From: Opitutus sp. GAS368
GTDB taxonomy: Bacteria; Verrucomicrobiota; Verrucomicrobiia; Opitutales; Opitutaceae
NCBI GenBank assembly: GCA_945871005.1
Contig: CAMBUJ010000042.1
Coordinates: forward strand, 1-20,282
DNA: 20,282 nucleotides
Direction: 5' to 3'
Made by a program: the position numbers and the translations under genes. Within the stretch, counting starts at the first letter, position 1. Each line of letters begins with the position of its first letter. Of the stretch, positions 1 to 7,734 are shown one piece after another. The notes under the pieces were generated by a model. That model did not search any database and had not been told where the DNA came from. It was given only the letters and a program-made list of their open reading frames with translations.

Positions 1-65
1 GAGCTGCTCCGGCGTTATCATCTCACCAAAAATAGAACTGAACGTTGTGACGTCAGGTTGGGCTT

Positions 66-101
66 GGGGTACGTGGGTAATGTTCACACCCACGATACCC
101 C
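66..101 (+). repeat. Imperfect hairpin in the moaA upstream region: GGGGTACGTGGGT / ACCCACGATACCCC, a 13-bp stem with one bulge. It carries the same CGTGGG/CCCACG core as the operon-internal palindromes.
   Basis: Read directly. Left arm 66-78, right arm 88-101, 9-nt loop. CGTGGGTAAT resembles the CGTGGGCAATAA ends of the elements at 3611-3746 and 4234-4324. Confidence 0.5.
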
Positions 102-275
102 CGACGCCCTTAAAAATCCACCAGACTGCTCATGCCTTAACGGCATTGCGCCTAAGCCCCGTCGTAGCTCCAGTAGACGGACCGATCATCGTTTGCATGA
201 AAAAGATCCTACCCTCACCCATCATTTTCTCCGTGCCCCTTGCCGCCGCGCTGCCAACTTAGCCCACGCCTGACC

Positions 276-1247
276 ATGACCGACCCCTTCGGACGCACCA
301 TCGACTACCTGCGCATCTCCGTCACCGACCGGTGCAATGAGCGCTGCCTGTACTGCATGCCCGAAGGCTACAAGGGCTGGGCCCAACGGCCCGACCACCT
401 CACCGCCGCCGAACTGATTCGCATCGCCGCCTCAGCCTCCCAACTGGGCTTCCGCAAGTTCCGCCTCACCGGCGGCGAACCGCTCCTGCGCTCCGATTTC
501 GTTTCAATCGCCGCCGGCATCGCCGCGTTGCCCACCACCACCTCGCTCGGCCTGTCCACCAATGGCACCCGTCTGGCCGGCGTCGCCCGCGAACTCTGCG
601 CCGCCGGCGTCACCGCGATCAACGTCAGCCTCGACGCCCTCGACGCCGACACCTACCGCCGCGTTACCGGCGGGCGCCTCCCCGACGCGCTGGCTGGCAT
701 CGAAGCCGCCCTGGCCGCCGATTTCGAAGTGGTGAAACTCAACGTCGTGCTCATGCGCGGGGTAAACGAGGACCAACTCGTGCCGCTGGTGCGGTTCGCC
801 GCCGAGCACCGCATGCCGGTGCGTTTTATTGAGCTGATGCCACTCACCCGCACCGATGTGCTCAACGAGGACAACTTCCTCTCCTGCGCTGACGCCCGCG
901 CGCGGATCGAAGCTGAACTCGGCCCGCTCACCGACCTGCCCGACTACCGCGCCGGCCACGGCCCCGCTCGCTATGCCCGGGCCGACAACGGCGCGAGCAT
1001 CGGGTTTATCGGTGCGCTCACCACCACGGACTTTTGTGGCACCTGCAACAAACTGCGCCTGACCGCCGACGGGAAGTTGCGCCCCTGCCTTGGGCGCCAC
1101 GGCGAGATCGACCTACTGGCCCCGTTACGCGCCGGCCACGCCAACCTGGATGAGCTCCTGCGTGAGGCCATCGCCAACAAACCCGAAAACCACACCTTCC
1201 AAGCCGACTACGTGCCCGACCGCCCGATGACCGCCATCGGCGGCTAA
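276..1247 (+). CDS. moaA: GTP 3',8-cyclase MoaA (radical SAM; first step of Moco biosynthesis)
   Basis: Translation MTDPFGRTIDYLRISVTDRCNERCLYCMP carries the radical-SAM CxxxCxxC motif. The C-terminal second-cluster motif is CGTCNKLRLTADGKLRPCL, and the protein ends in GG as MoaA does. Start placed at the internal ATG at 276, because the 12 residues from the ORF-track start at 240 are not MoaA-like. Confidence 0.93.
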   Translation: MTDPFGRTIDYLRISVTDRCNERCLYCMPEGYKGWAQRPDHLTAAELIRIAASASQLGFRKFRLTGGEPLLRSDFVSIAAGIAALPTTTSLGLSTNGTRLAGVARELCAAGVTAINVSLDALDADTYRRVTGGRLPDALAGIEAALAADFEVVKLNVVLMRGVNEDQLVPLVRFAAEHRMPVRFIELMPLTRTDVLNEDNFLSCADARARIEAELGPLTDLPDYRAGHGPARYARADNGASIGFIGALTTTDFCGTCNKLRLTADGKLRPCLGRHGEIDLLAPLRAGHANLDELLREAIANKPENHTFQADYVPDRPMTAIGG

Positions 1248-1248
1248 T

Positions 1249-1494
1249 TTGTTTATGCGCCTTATTTATTTTGCCCACGCCCGTCGGGCCACCGGTTGTT
1301 CGCTGGAAGAGTTGCCCCTGACCGCCCCCCTAACGCCCGCCGCGCTCTGGGATCTGCTAATCGAACGCCATCCCGCCCTCGCGTCGCTGCGCACCGTCTC
1401 CCGCCTGGCTCGCGGCGACGACTTTCTTCCCGCCGACGCCCTTCTATCGCCCACCGACGAGATCGCCATCATCCCACCCGTTTCTGGGGGGTGA
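1249..1494 (+). CDS. moaD: Molybdopterin synthase sulfur-carrier subunit MoaD
   Basis: 81-aa ubiquitin-fold-sized protein ending in the diagnostic C-terminal Gly-Gly (IIPPVSGG). It starts 1 nt after the moaA stop and lies between moaA and moaE. An alternative start is the ATG at 1255. Confidence 0.85.
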   Translation: MFMRLIYFAHARRATGCSLEELPLTAPLTPAALWDLLIERHPALASLRTVSRLARGDDFLPADALLSPTDEIAIIPPVSGG

Positions 1495-1523
1495 AAACTG
1501 GTGCTGATTCCGACATGAGTGTC

Positions 1524-1541
1524 CATCCGTGTGCATCCGTG
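1524..1541 (+). repeat. Tandem direct repeat CATCCGTG-tg-CATCCGTG in the moaD-moaE spacer. It resembles the TCCGTG-containing right arm of the palindromic elements downstream.
   Basis: Read directly: CATCCGTG at 1524-1531 and 1534-1541, period 10, followed by GTTAAC. Confidence 0.45.
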
Positions 1542-1576
1542 GTTAACCCGTCCGCTTACGGCTTCCGCCTTTCCCC

Positions 1577-1960
1577 GTGCACATCGAAATTCTGATTAAC
1601 AACGTTGTAATCACTCCGTCCCCGCGCCTTTCCGATCCGGGCGTGGGCGCCTTGGCCGAATTCACCGGCAGCGTACGCCGCGAGGAAAACGGACAACCGA
1701 TTGCGGCCCTCGTTTACGAAGCCTACCAGCCGATGGCTGAAACGGTGATGCGCCGCCTGCTCACCGAACTCGCCGCCAAGCACCCTTGCTTAGCGGTACG
1801 GGTGCAACACCGGATCGGCATCGTACCGGTGGGCGAAGCCGCGATCCACATCGCCGTACAAGCCCGCCACCGCGCCGAAGCGTTCGCGCTGCTCGCCGCC
1901 TTCATGGACCGCCTCAAACAGGATGTGCCCATTTGGAAAACCGACACGCTCCCCGCATGA
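1577..1960 (+). CDS. moaE: Molybdopterin synthase catalytic subunit MoaE
   Basis: GTG start. FTGSVRREENG, YEAYQPMAE and DVPIWK motifs are typical of MoaE. Its stop overlaps the moeA start (ATGA at 1957-1960). Confidence 0.88.
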   Translation: MHIEILINNVVITPSPRLSDPGVGALAEFTGSVRREENGQPIAALVYEAYQPMAETVMRRLLTELAAKHPCLAVRVQHRIGIVPVGEAAIHIAVQARHRAEAFALLAAFMDRLKQDVPIWKTDTLPA

Positions 1961-3144
1961 TCACTGTCGCCGAACTCTGGACACGCCTCGACGCGCTCGC
2001 GGCACCGTTACCCAGCGAACGCATTGCCTTGGCTACCGCCCTGGGCCGCATCCTCGACGAGGCCATCCTCGCCCCCGAAGACCAGCCCCCCTTCGACCGC
2101 TCGGCGATCGACGGTTACCTCGTCCACGCCGACCAAGCCCCCGGCCTTGTCACGCTCGTTGGCACCGTTACCCCCGGCTCGCCCCCGCCCGACGCGGCCC
2201 CCGCCCTCGGCACCGCCCTGCGCATCCTCACCGGCAGCGCCCTCCCGCCCGACTCCGCCGCCCTGGTCATGCAGGAGGATACCCGCCCCGCCGTCCACTC
2301 CGGCCAACGCGAACTCCTACAACCAGCTTCCGCCCGTCACATCCGCCGCCGCGCTTCGCAGGCCCGTACCGGCGACCGCCTGCTTTCATCCGGCCAACGG
2401 CTCACTTCTGGGGGACTCGCCTTGCTCGCCTCCCTCGGCGTCCCCCAACCGCTCGTCCACCGCCGCGTCCGCGTCGCCCACTTGGTCACCGGCGGCGAAC
2501 TCGTTGCCCCTGACGCCATCCCGCTGCCCGGCCAGATCCGCGATTCCAACTCCACCCTCATCGCCGCTTTACTCGTGGAGGCCGGGGCCGAGCTCTGCTG
2601 GCACCGCCGGGTAGCTGACGCGCGTTCTTCCACCGCTGAAGCCCTCGCCGAAGCACTCGCCTCAACGGCTGACATCATCCTAATCAGCGGCGGAGCGAGT
2701 GTCGGCGACCACGACCACACCGGCGCGTTGCTCGCCGAGTTCGGCTTTAAAATCCACTGTGACAAAGTCGCCAGTCGTCCTGGAAAACCGTTCATCGCCG
2801 CCTCCCTCGAAGGCCGACTTGCTTTTGGCCTACCGGGCAACCCGCTGGCCCACTTCGTGTGTTTCCACCTGTTTGTGAAGCGGGTGCTCGCGCTCCTCGC
2901 CGGCACCGCTCCGACCTATCTCATTAGGGCAACCCTCGACGAAGACTCACTGCTTGAGGACAACCCCCGCGAAACGTGGTGGCCCGCATGCCTTAGCCAC
3001 GCCAATAACACCAAACTAGTGATTACCCCCCTGCCCTGGCGCGACTCATCCGATCTGACCGTGTTGGCGCTTGCCGACGCTCTTGTACGCATTCCCCCGG
3101 GAGGCACCACCCAACTACAACTTGATGTTCTTCCCTGTCGTTAA
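1957..3144 (+). CDS. moeA: Molybdopterin molybdenumtransferase MoeA
   Basis: PFDRSAIDGY, SGGASVGDHD, PGKP and GLPGNP motifs match the MoeA/gephyrin-E family. Start set at the ATG at 1957 (MITVAELW), which overlaps the moaE stop. The upstream part of the 1786 ORF is Arg/Pro-rich out-of-frame read-through of moaE. Confidence 0.9.
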   Translation: MITVAELWTRLDALAAPLPSERIALATALGRILDEAILAPEDQPPFDRSAIDGYLVHADQAPGLVTLVGTVTPGSPPPDAAPALGTALRILTGSALPPDSAALVMQEDTRPAVHSGQRELLQPASARHIRRRASQARTGDRLLSSGQRLTSGGLALLASLGVPQPLVHRRVRVAHLVTGGELVAPDAIPLPGQIRDSNSTLIAALLVEAGAELCWHRRVADARSSTAEALAEALASTADIILISGGASVGDHDHTGALLAEFGFKIHCDKVASRPGKPFIAASLEGRLAFGLPGNPLAHFVCFHLFVKRVLALLAGTAPTYLIRATLDEDSLLEDNPRETWWPACLSHANNTKLVITPLPWRDSSDLTVLALADALVRIPPGGTTQLQLDVLPCR

Positions 3145-3150
3145 TCACCC

Positions 3151-3597
3151 ATGAAAAAATTTTCCCATCTCGATGTGACCGGTGCCGCCACCATGGTCGA
3201 CGTCGGTGCAAAGCCCCCACAAGTCCGCCGCGCCGTCGCCTCCGGTGAACTGCGCTGTGAAGCCGCCACCATCCGCCTGCTCAAAAAACAGGCGCTGCCC
3301 AAGGGCGATGTGTTGGCCTGTGCCCGGGTCGCCGGCATCATGGCGGCCAAACGCACCAGCGAACTGATTCCGCTTTGCCACCCGCTCGCGCTGGAAAAAG
3401 TCACGGTTGATTTCGTAGTCAAAACCGACCGAATCCTGATCACTGCCGAAGCCCGCCTGACCGGAAAAACGGGGGTCGAAATGGAAGCCCTCACCGCGGT
3501 CTCCGTAGCCGCGTTGACGCTCTACGATATGATGAAAGCCGTCGATAAAACCATGGTCATTGGCGAGGTCCGCGTGACCACCAAAACCAAAAACTAA
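3151..3597 (+). CDS. moaC: Cyclic pyranopterin monophosphate synthase MoaC
   Basis: 148 aa with LSHLD-like N-terminus (FSHLD), MVDVGAK, IPLCHPL and [20 protein letters not shown] motifs characteristic of MoaC. Confidence 0.94.
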   Translation: MKKFSHLDVTGAATMVDVGAKPPQVRRAVASGELRCEAATIRLLKKQALPKGDVLACARVAGIMAAKRTSELIPLCHPLALEKVTVDFVVKTDRILITAEARLTGKTGVEMEALTAVSVAALTLYDMMKAVDKTMVIGEVRVTTKTKN

Positions 3598-3610
3598 GCC
3601 TCTATCCATT

Positions 3611-3746
3611 TAGCCCACGGAACACACTGAACACACGGAAGAATAAATCACTCTAATCTTCATTTGGTTAATATATCTCTTAGCTCGTGTCACAGTTTAC
3701 TCCGATTCCATTTTCTTCTGTGTGCTCCGTATTCCGTGGGCAATAA
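3611..3746. repeat. Palindromic intergenic element, copy A (about 135 bp, lower GC than its flanks), filling the moaC-mog spacer
   Basis: Left arm TAGCCCACGGAACACACTGAACACACGGAAGAA (3611-3643). Right arm TTCTTCTGTGTGCTCCGTATTCCGTGGGCAATAA (3713-3746). The outer 10 bp, GCCCACGGAA/TTCCGTGGGC, are perfectly complementary and the inner parts are imperfectly complementary. It is related in sequence to the element at 4234-4324. Confidence 0.75.
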
Positions 3747-3750
3747 CTCC

Positions 3751-4236
3751 GTGACCACCCCACTCCGACTCGCCCGTGTCACCCTGAGCGACCGCGCCTC
3801 GGCTGGCGTTTACGCCGACCTCAGCGGCCCTGAAATCGAGCGCGTCCTGCGCGCCTGTTTCGGCGCCGAACCGACGATTCTGGTCCGCCTGATTCCCGAC
3901 GACCGCGATGGCATTGGCGCCACCTTACGAACCCTGTGTGACGACGATCACTGCGATCTGATCGTCACCACCGGCGGCACCGGCCCCGCGCCGCGAGACG
4001 TCACCCCCGAAGCCACCCGCGACGTGATCGAGCGCGAGTTACCCGGCTTCGGCGAAGCGATGCGCGCGGTGAGCTTTGCCAAAGTCCCCACGGCGATCCT
4101 CTCCCGCGCCACCGCCGGCACCCGCGGGCGCACGCTGATCGTCAACCTTCCCGGCAACCCCCGCGCTATCGGCGAATGCCTGCCGCCGCTACTGCCCGCC
4201 ATCCGCGAATGCCTCAAACACCTTCACGGCGGATAG
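3751..4236 (+). CDS. mog: Molybdopterin adenylyltransferase, Mog/MoaB family
   Basis: TTGGTGPAPRDVTPEAT and LIVNLPGNPRA motifs of the MoaB/Mog (MoCF_biosynth) fold. Start set at the in-frame GTG at 3751 (VTTPLRLARVTLSD). The first 29 codons of the ORF-track start at 3664 would be encoded by the AT-richer palindromic repeat and look non-protein-like. Confidence 0.85.
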   Translation: MTTPLRLARVTLSDRASAGVYADLSGPEIERVLRACFGAEPTILVRLIPDDRDGIGATLRTLCDDDHCDLIVTTGGTGPAPRDVTPEATRDVIERELPGFGEAMRAVSFAKVPTAILSRATAGTRGRTLIVNLPGNPRAIGECLPPLLPAIRECLKHLHGG

Positions 4237-4324
4237 CCCTCGAAACACACTCAATAACACGAAAATAAAACCCTTCGATTCGGCCTACTCCTTGGTGTTA
4301 TTTCGTGTTTTTCGTGGGCAATAA
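4234..4324. repeat. Palindromic intergenic element, copy B (about 90 bp), filling the mog-MOSC spacer
   Basis: Left arm TAGCCCTCGAAACACACTCAATAACACGAAAATAAAA begins at the mog stop codon. Right arm GGTGTTATTTCGTGTTTTTCGTGGGCAATAA ends at 4324. The arms are imperfect reverse complements. Both arms align at roughly three quarters identity, judged by eye, with copy A, including the shared CGTGGGCAATAA terminus. Confidence 0.75.
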
Positions 4325-4342
4325 TTCAGTTTCCTCGCTGCC

Positions 4343-4828
4343 ATGATCCGCCTCGAACACCTCTACCTTTCCCCTGGCCACAACTACTTCGGCCACCACG
4401 AGCAGCCGGCGGGAGAACACCCGATCCTCGCTGTGCCCGCGCTTGAGTGCGTGGCCGGACGAGGGGTACGTGGCGACCGTTTTTTCGACTACAAACCCGA
4501 CTACAAGGGCCAGATCACCTTCTTCGCCGCCGAGATCTACGAGGAGCTTTGCACCACGTTTTTGCCGCTCGCCGGAGCGCACCCCGCACCCTCGGCCTTT
4601 CGCCGCAACGTGATCACCCGCGGCGTCGATTTGAACAATCTGATTGGCCAAAGTTTTTGCATCCAAGGTATCTCCTTTTTGGGCACGGCTGAATGCTCAC
4701 CCTGTTACTGGATGGATCAGGCGTTCGCTCCTGGCACCGAAACCGCGCTCAAAGGTCACGGCGGGCTACGCGCTAAAATACTCACCGACGGATGGCTCCG
4801 ACTCCCCGTCAAAGGCGGCGCAAACTAA
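4343..4828 (+). CDS. MOSC domain-containing protein (Moco sulfurase C-terminal-like beta-barrel; YiiM/YcbX-type family)
   Basis: 161 aa. GDRFFD, FRRNVITRGVDLN, conserved Cys in ECSPCYWMD and GGLRAKIL match the MOSC domain pattern. It is embedded in the Moco operon. Confidence 0.8.
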   Translation: MIRLEHLYLSPGHNYFGHHEQPAGEHPILAVPALECVAGRGVRGDRFFDYKPDYKGQITFFAAEIYEELCTTFLPLAGAHPAPSAFRRNVITRGVDLNNLIGQSFCIQGISFLGTAECSPCYWMDQAFAPGTETALKGHGGLRAKILTDGWLRLPVKGGAN

Positions 4829-4893
4829 CCCATTATGTTGGTTTTCCATGGCCACGGCCGCAGCCGTTCCGCTGGCCATTGACCTTAGTCACC

Positions 4894-5487
4894 ATGTCCA
4901 CCTTCCCCCCCTTTCCCTTTAGCGCCGCCATCCTCGCCGGAGGCCGCTCCTCGCGCATGGGGCGCGACAAGGCGTTCTTGCCCCTCGCGCCCAACGGCGA
5001 GCCATTGATCAACCACCAAGCGGCCTTGCTGCGCCGAATCGGTTGCGGCGAACTGATTATTTCCGGACGCCTCGGCGTGGATTATGGCGTTCCAGGTTCC
5101 CGCGTAGTCACCGACACGATGATCGATTCCGGCCCGCTGGCCGGCTTGGTCGCACTACTCACTGCCGCGCGCCATCCCTGGGTCATGGCAATTGCGGTCG
5201 ATTTACCCCACCTCACGACCGACTACCTCGCGAAACTTCTCGCCGCCGGCGCGGGCGTCAGCGGAGTCGTACCCCTTGGAGCGGGCGGTTACGAACCACT
5301 GGTCGGACTTTATCCGCAAAAAATGCTGCCGCTGATGAAAGACTCTCTGGCTGCGGGACGACTCAGTCTGCAACCCCTGCTGCACACCGCGGTGGCCGAG
5401 GGACTCCTGCGCCCGCTGGCAATTGAGGCCCACGAGCAGGTGCTTTTCACCAATTGGAACACTCCGGCCGACTGCGGAAACGCTTAA
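4894..5487 (+). CDS. mobA: Molybdenum cofactor guanylyltransferase MobA
   Basis: N-terminal AAILAGGRSSRMGRDKAFL is the LAGGxxxRMGxDK signature. GPLAG and DLP motifs are present. Start set at the ATG at 4894; the ORF-track start at 4792 overlaps the MOSC gene and encodes Arg/Pro-rich junk. Confidence 0.9.
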   Translation: MSTFPPFPFSAAILAGGRSSRMGRDKAFLPLAPNGEPLINHQAALLRRIGCGELIISGRLGVDYGVPGSRVVTDTMIDSGPLAGLVALLTAARHPWVMAIAVDLPHLTTDYLAKLLAAGAGVSGVVPLGAGGYEPLVGLYPQKMLPLMKDSLAAGRLSLQPLLHTAVAEGLLRPLAIEAHEQVLFTNWNTPADCGNA

Positions 5488-5536
5488 TGACGTTTTTTGT
5501 CCTATCCTTTGGCAAATTCGCCCCATACCTTCGCAC

Positions 5537-7414
5537 ATGGAAAAACTTAAATTTACCGAGCTTGGCCTTTCCGCCGAAGTGCTGAAGGCCGTGGACAAGA
5601 TGGGTTTTGAAGAGGCTTCCCCGATTCAAACCGCCGTCATTCCGCTGCTGCTCGCGGGGCGTGACGTCGTCGGCCAATCGGCCACCGGCTCCGGTAAAAC
5701 CGCCGCCTTCGGCATCCCCGCGGTCGAAAAGGTTGACCCGAAAAAGAAGGTCGTGCAGGTCCTCATCCTCTGCCCCACCCGCGAGCTCGCGGTGCAGGTG
5801 GCCGAGGAAATCGCCAAACTCGCCTTCTACAAATCCGGCGTGCGCGAGGTCCCGATTTTCGGTGGCCAGCCCTACGATCGCCAGATCCGCGCCCTCGAGG
5901 CCGGCGCCCAGATCGTCATTGGCACCCCCGGTCGCGTCATGGACCACATGGAACGCGGCACCCTCCGCCTGGATAACCTCAAGATGGTGATTCTCGACGA
6001 GTGCGACCGCATGCTCGACATGGGCTTCCGCGACGACATCGAGAAAATCCTCTCGGAAACTCCCGCGACCCGCCAATCGCTGTTTTTCTCGGCCACCATG
6101 CCGCCGGCCATCCAGGGGATGATCAAGCGCTTCCTGCCCAATCCGGAGTGGGTCAAGATCGCCGCCCAAGCCCAAAATGCGCCCAAAGTGGACCAGGTTT
6201 ACATCGAAATGGACCGTCGCTACAAAATCGACGTCCTCACCCGCCTGATCGACCTGCACGATTTCCGCTACGGCATCATTTTCTGCTCCACCAAAATCAT
6301 GGTGGACGAGCTCGACGAGCACCTCCACGCCCGCGGCTACGCCACCGACCGCCTGCACGGCGACATCACCCAGGCCCAGCGCACCCGCGTGATGGACAAG
6401 TTCAAACGCCGCGGCTTCGAGTTCCTCGTGGCGACCGACGTGGCTGCGCGCGGTCTTGACGTCGATGACCTGGAAGTGGTGTTCAACTTCGACCTGCCCA
6501 ACGACGCCGAGGATTACACCCACCGCGTGGGACGCACGGGGCGCGCCGGTCGCGAAGGCAAGGCGTTCACGTTTGTGGCCGGCCGCGAGCTCTACGGCCT
6601 GCAAAACATGATTCACTACGGAAAGCTGAAGATCCGCCGTGAAAACGTGCCCTCGATCGACCAGGTCGAAGAGGCACGCGAAAACGTATTCTTTGAAAAG
6701 GTGCGCGGCGTCCTCGATGCCGCCAAATACATCAAGCAGGACCGCTTTATTGACCGCCTGATGGAACAGGGTTATCCGAGCACCGACGTTGTTTCGGCCC
6801 TGCTCCACATGATGCATGGTGGCGACAAGCCCGAGGCCGCCCCCAAGGCTGCCGCGCCGGTCAAGGCTGGCGCTGAGCGCACCGCCCGGCCGATCGCCGC
6901 GCCCGCATCGAAGCCTGCCGCCCATGTGGCCGCACCGGCCTACGTGCCGGAACCGGCCCGCGCCGCCGTTCCCCCCGCCTTCGCCAAGGTAGCAGGCAAA
7001 CCCAAACCCGCCACGTCTGCCCCGGCCCGCGCCGAGGTGGCCGAGCAGAACGAACCCGCCGAGCAGGAACGGGTGAGCTTTGAAAACGAGGGCGCCGCCA
7101 CCGAGGTCCGTCCGAGCAAACAGAAGTTCCAGCGCCCCGCCCGCACCGGACGCGAGCCGAACATGACCACCTTGTTCTTCAACGTCGGTCGCAAGCAGCT
7201 GATCACCCCTGCCGACATCGTCGGCAAGATCGCCGGAGTTACCCGCCTGCCGGCCAATGTGGTCGGTTCGATGGACATCCACCAGCGTCACACACTGGTC
7301 GACATCAGCAACGAACACGTGGCCATGGTGTTGCAAAAGCTGAAGGGCATTCGCGTGAAGAACATCGCCCTCGAGCCCGCCTTGGCCACGGACGCTGATC
7401 GCGCCGCGGAATAA
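5537..7414 (+). CDS. ATP-dependent DEAD-box RNA helicase (DeaD/CsdA-like) with an Ala/Pro-rich linker and a C-terminal DbpA-type RNA-binding domain
   Basis: Q motif GFEEASPIQ; motif I SATGSGKTAAF; Ia PTRELA; TPGR; motif II is DECD rather than DEAD; III SAT; V ATDVAARGLD; VI HRVGRTGRAG. The C-terminal TLFFNVGRKQLITPADIVGKIAG...MDIHQRHTLVDI resembles the DbpA RBD. Start set at the ATG at 5537 (MEKLKFTELGL). Confidence 0.94.
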   Translation: MEKLKFTELGLSAEVLKAVDKMGFEEASPIQTAVIPLLLAGRDVVGQSATGSGKTAAFGIPAVEKVDPKKKVVQVLILCPTRELAVQVAEEIAKLAFYKSGVREVPIFGGQPYDRQIRALEAGAQIVIGTPGRVMDHMERGTLRLDNLKMVILDECDRMLDMGFRDDIEKILSETPATRQSLFFSATMPPAIQGMIKRFLPNPEWVKIAAQAQNAPKVDQVYIEMDRRYKIDVLTRLIDLHDFRYGIIFCSTKIMVDELDEHLHARGYATDRLHGDITQAQRTRVMDKFKRRGFEFLVATDVAARGLDVDDLEVVFNFDLPNDAEDYTHRVGRTGRAGREGKAFTFVAGRELYGLQNMIHYGKLKIRRENVPSIDQVEEARENVFFEKVRGVLDAAKYIKQDRFIDRLMEQGYPSTDVVSALLHMMHGGDKPEAAPKAAAPVKAGAERTARPIAAPASKPAAHVAAPAYVPEPARAAVPPAFAKVAGKPKPATSAPARAEVAEQNEPAEQERVSFENEGAATEVRPSKQKFQRPARTGREPNMTTLFFNVGRKQLITPADIVGKIAGVTRLPANVVGSMDIHQRHTLVDISNEHVAMVLQKLKGIRVKNIALEPALATDADRAAE

Positions 7415-7436
7415 GTTAGGCGGTTAACCTGCGTCC

Positions 7437-7477
7437 CCAACCCCAAGCGCCTTGGTTTGCCCCGCGCTTGGGGTTGG
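7437..7477 (+). terminator. Perfect 14-bp inverted repeat (CCAACCCCAAGCGC / GCGCTTGGGGTTGG, 13-nt loop), 22 nt after the helicase stop
   Basis: Read directly: arms at 7437-7450 and 7464-7477. There is no U-tract after the stem, so its function as an intrinsic terminator is uncertain. Confidence 0.45.
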
Positions 7478-7653
7478 CGGAGGCAAAGTCAGCGTCTGTG
7501 GACGGGACGCGTTGCATAAAGAATGATACCGCCCAAAGGCCTGCCATAATAACGGCGTGCCCCATGTCTTTGTTATCGAGGAATTCCGAAGAGGCCGGAG
7601 AATGACGCTTTTTTAAGAACGGGGGTAACCTAGCAGAAAACTCTGCGTCACCG

Positions 7654-7684
7654 TTGACTCACGGCACTCTCCATTTGCTACAAT
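7654..7684 (+). promoter_or_regulatory. Candidate sigma70-type promoter for the symporter gene: TTGACT, 19-nt spacer, extended -10 TGcTACAAT
   Basis: TTGACT at 7654-7659, TG at 7676-7677, TACAAT at 7679-7684, about 50 nt upstream of the ATG at 7735. The spacer is longer than the 17-nt optimum. Motif reading only. Confidence 0.3.
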
Positions 7685-7734
7685 AAGATCGGTTACCACC
7701 CATCGGTATAACCCAAACTAGACCAACTACTCGC

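Noticed and set aside
47-273. Two overlapping 71-aa plus-strand ORFs upstream of moaA
   Set aside because: They are mutually exclusive frames over the same DNA and show no recognisable motif. The region looks like a structured non-coding leader or promoter.
1-275. Moco (moaA-motif) riboswitch upstream of moaA
   Set aside because: I looked for the conserved core of the Moco RNA motif but could not recognise it by eye. I therefore do not call it, and a covariance-model scan is needed.
504-1100. 198-aa minus-strand ORF and other overlapping ORFs within moaA, moeA and moaC (for example 2337-2906, 1923-2513, 2024-2614 and 3145-3609)
   Set aside because: They overlap well-supported Moco biosynthesis genes and have Pro/Arg/Gly-rich composition typical of off-frame GC-rich translation.
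1786-1956. Extended N-termini suggested by the ORF track for moeA (1786), mobA (4792) and the helicase (5423)
   Set aside because: The extensions overlap the preceding genes out of frame and encode Arg/Pro-rich sequence. Internal ATGs at 1957, 4894 and 5537 give canonical N-terminal motifs, and the ATG at 1957 forms an ATGA overlap with the moaE stop.
3664-3750. ORF-track start of the mog gene at 3664 (N-terminal MVNISLSSCHSLLRFHFLLCAPYSVGNNS)
   Set aside because: These codons lie inside the AT-richer palindromic repeat and do not resemble Mog/MoaB N-termini. The in-frame GTG at 3751 gives a canonical N-terminus.
5447-7336. 629-aa ORF on the minus strand, antisense to the helicase gene
   Set aside because: It is the mirror frame of a strongly supported CDS in GC-rich DNA. 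The translation is Gly/Ala/Arg/His/Asp-rich with no motifs, and the sense strand carries all the DEAD-box motifs.
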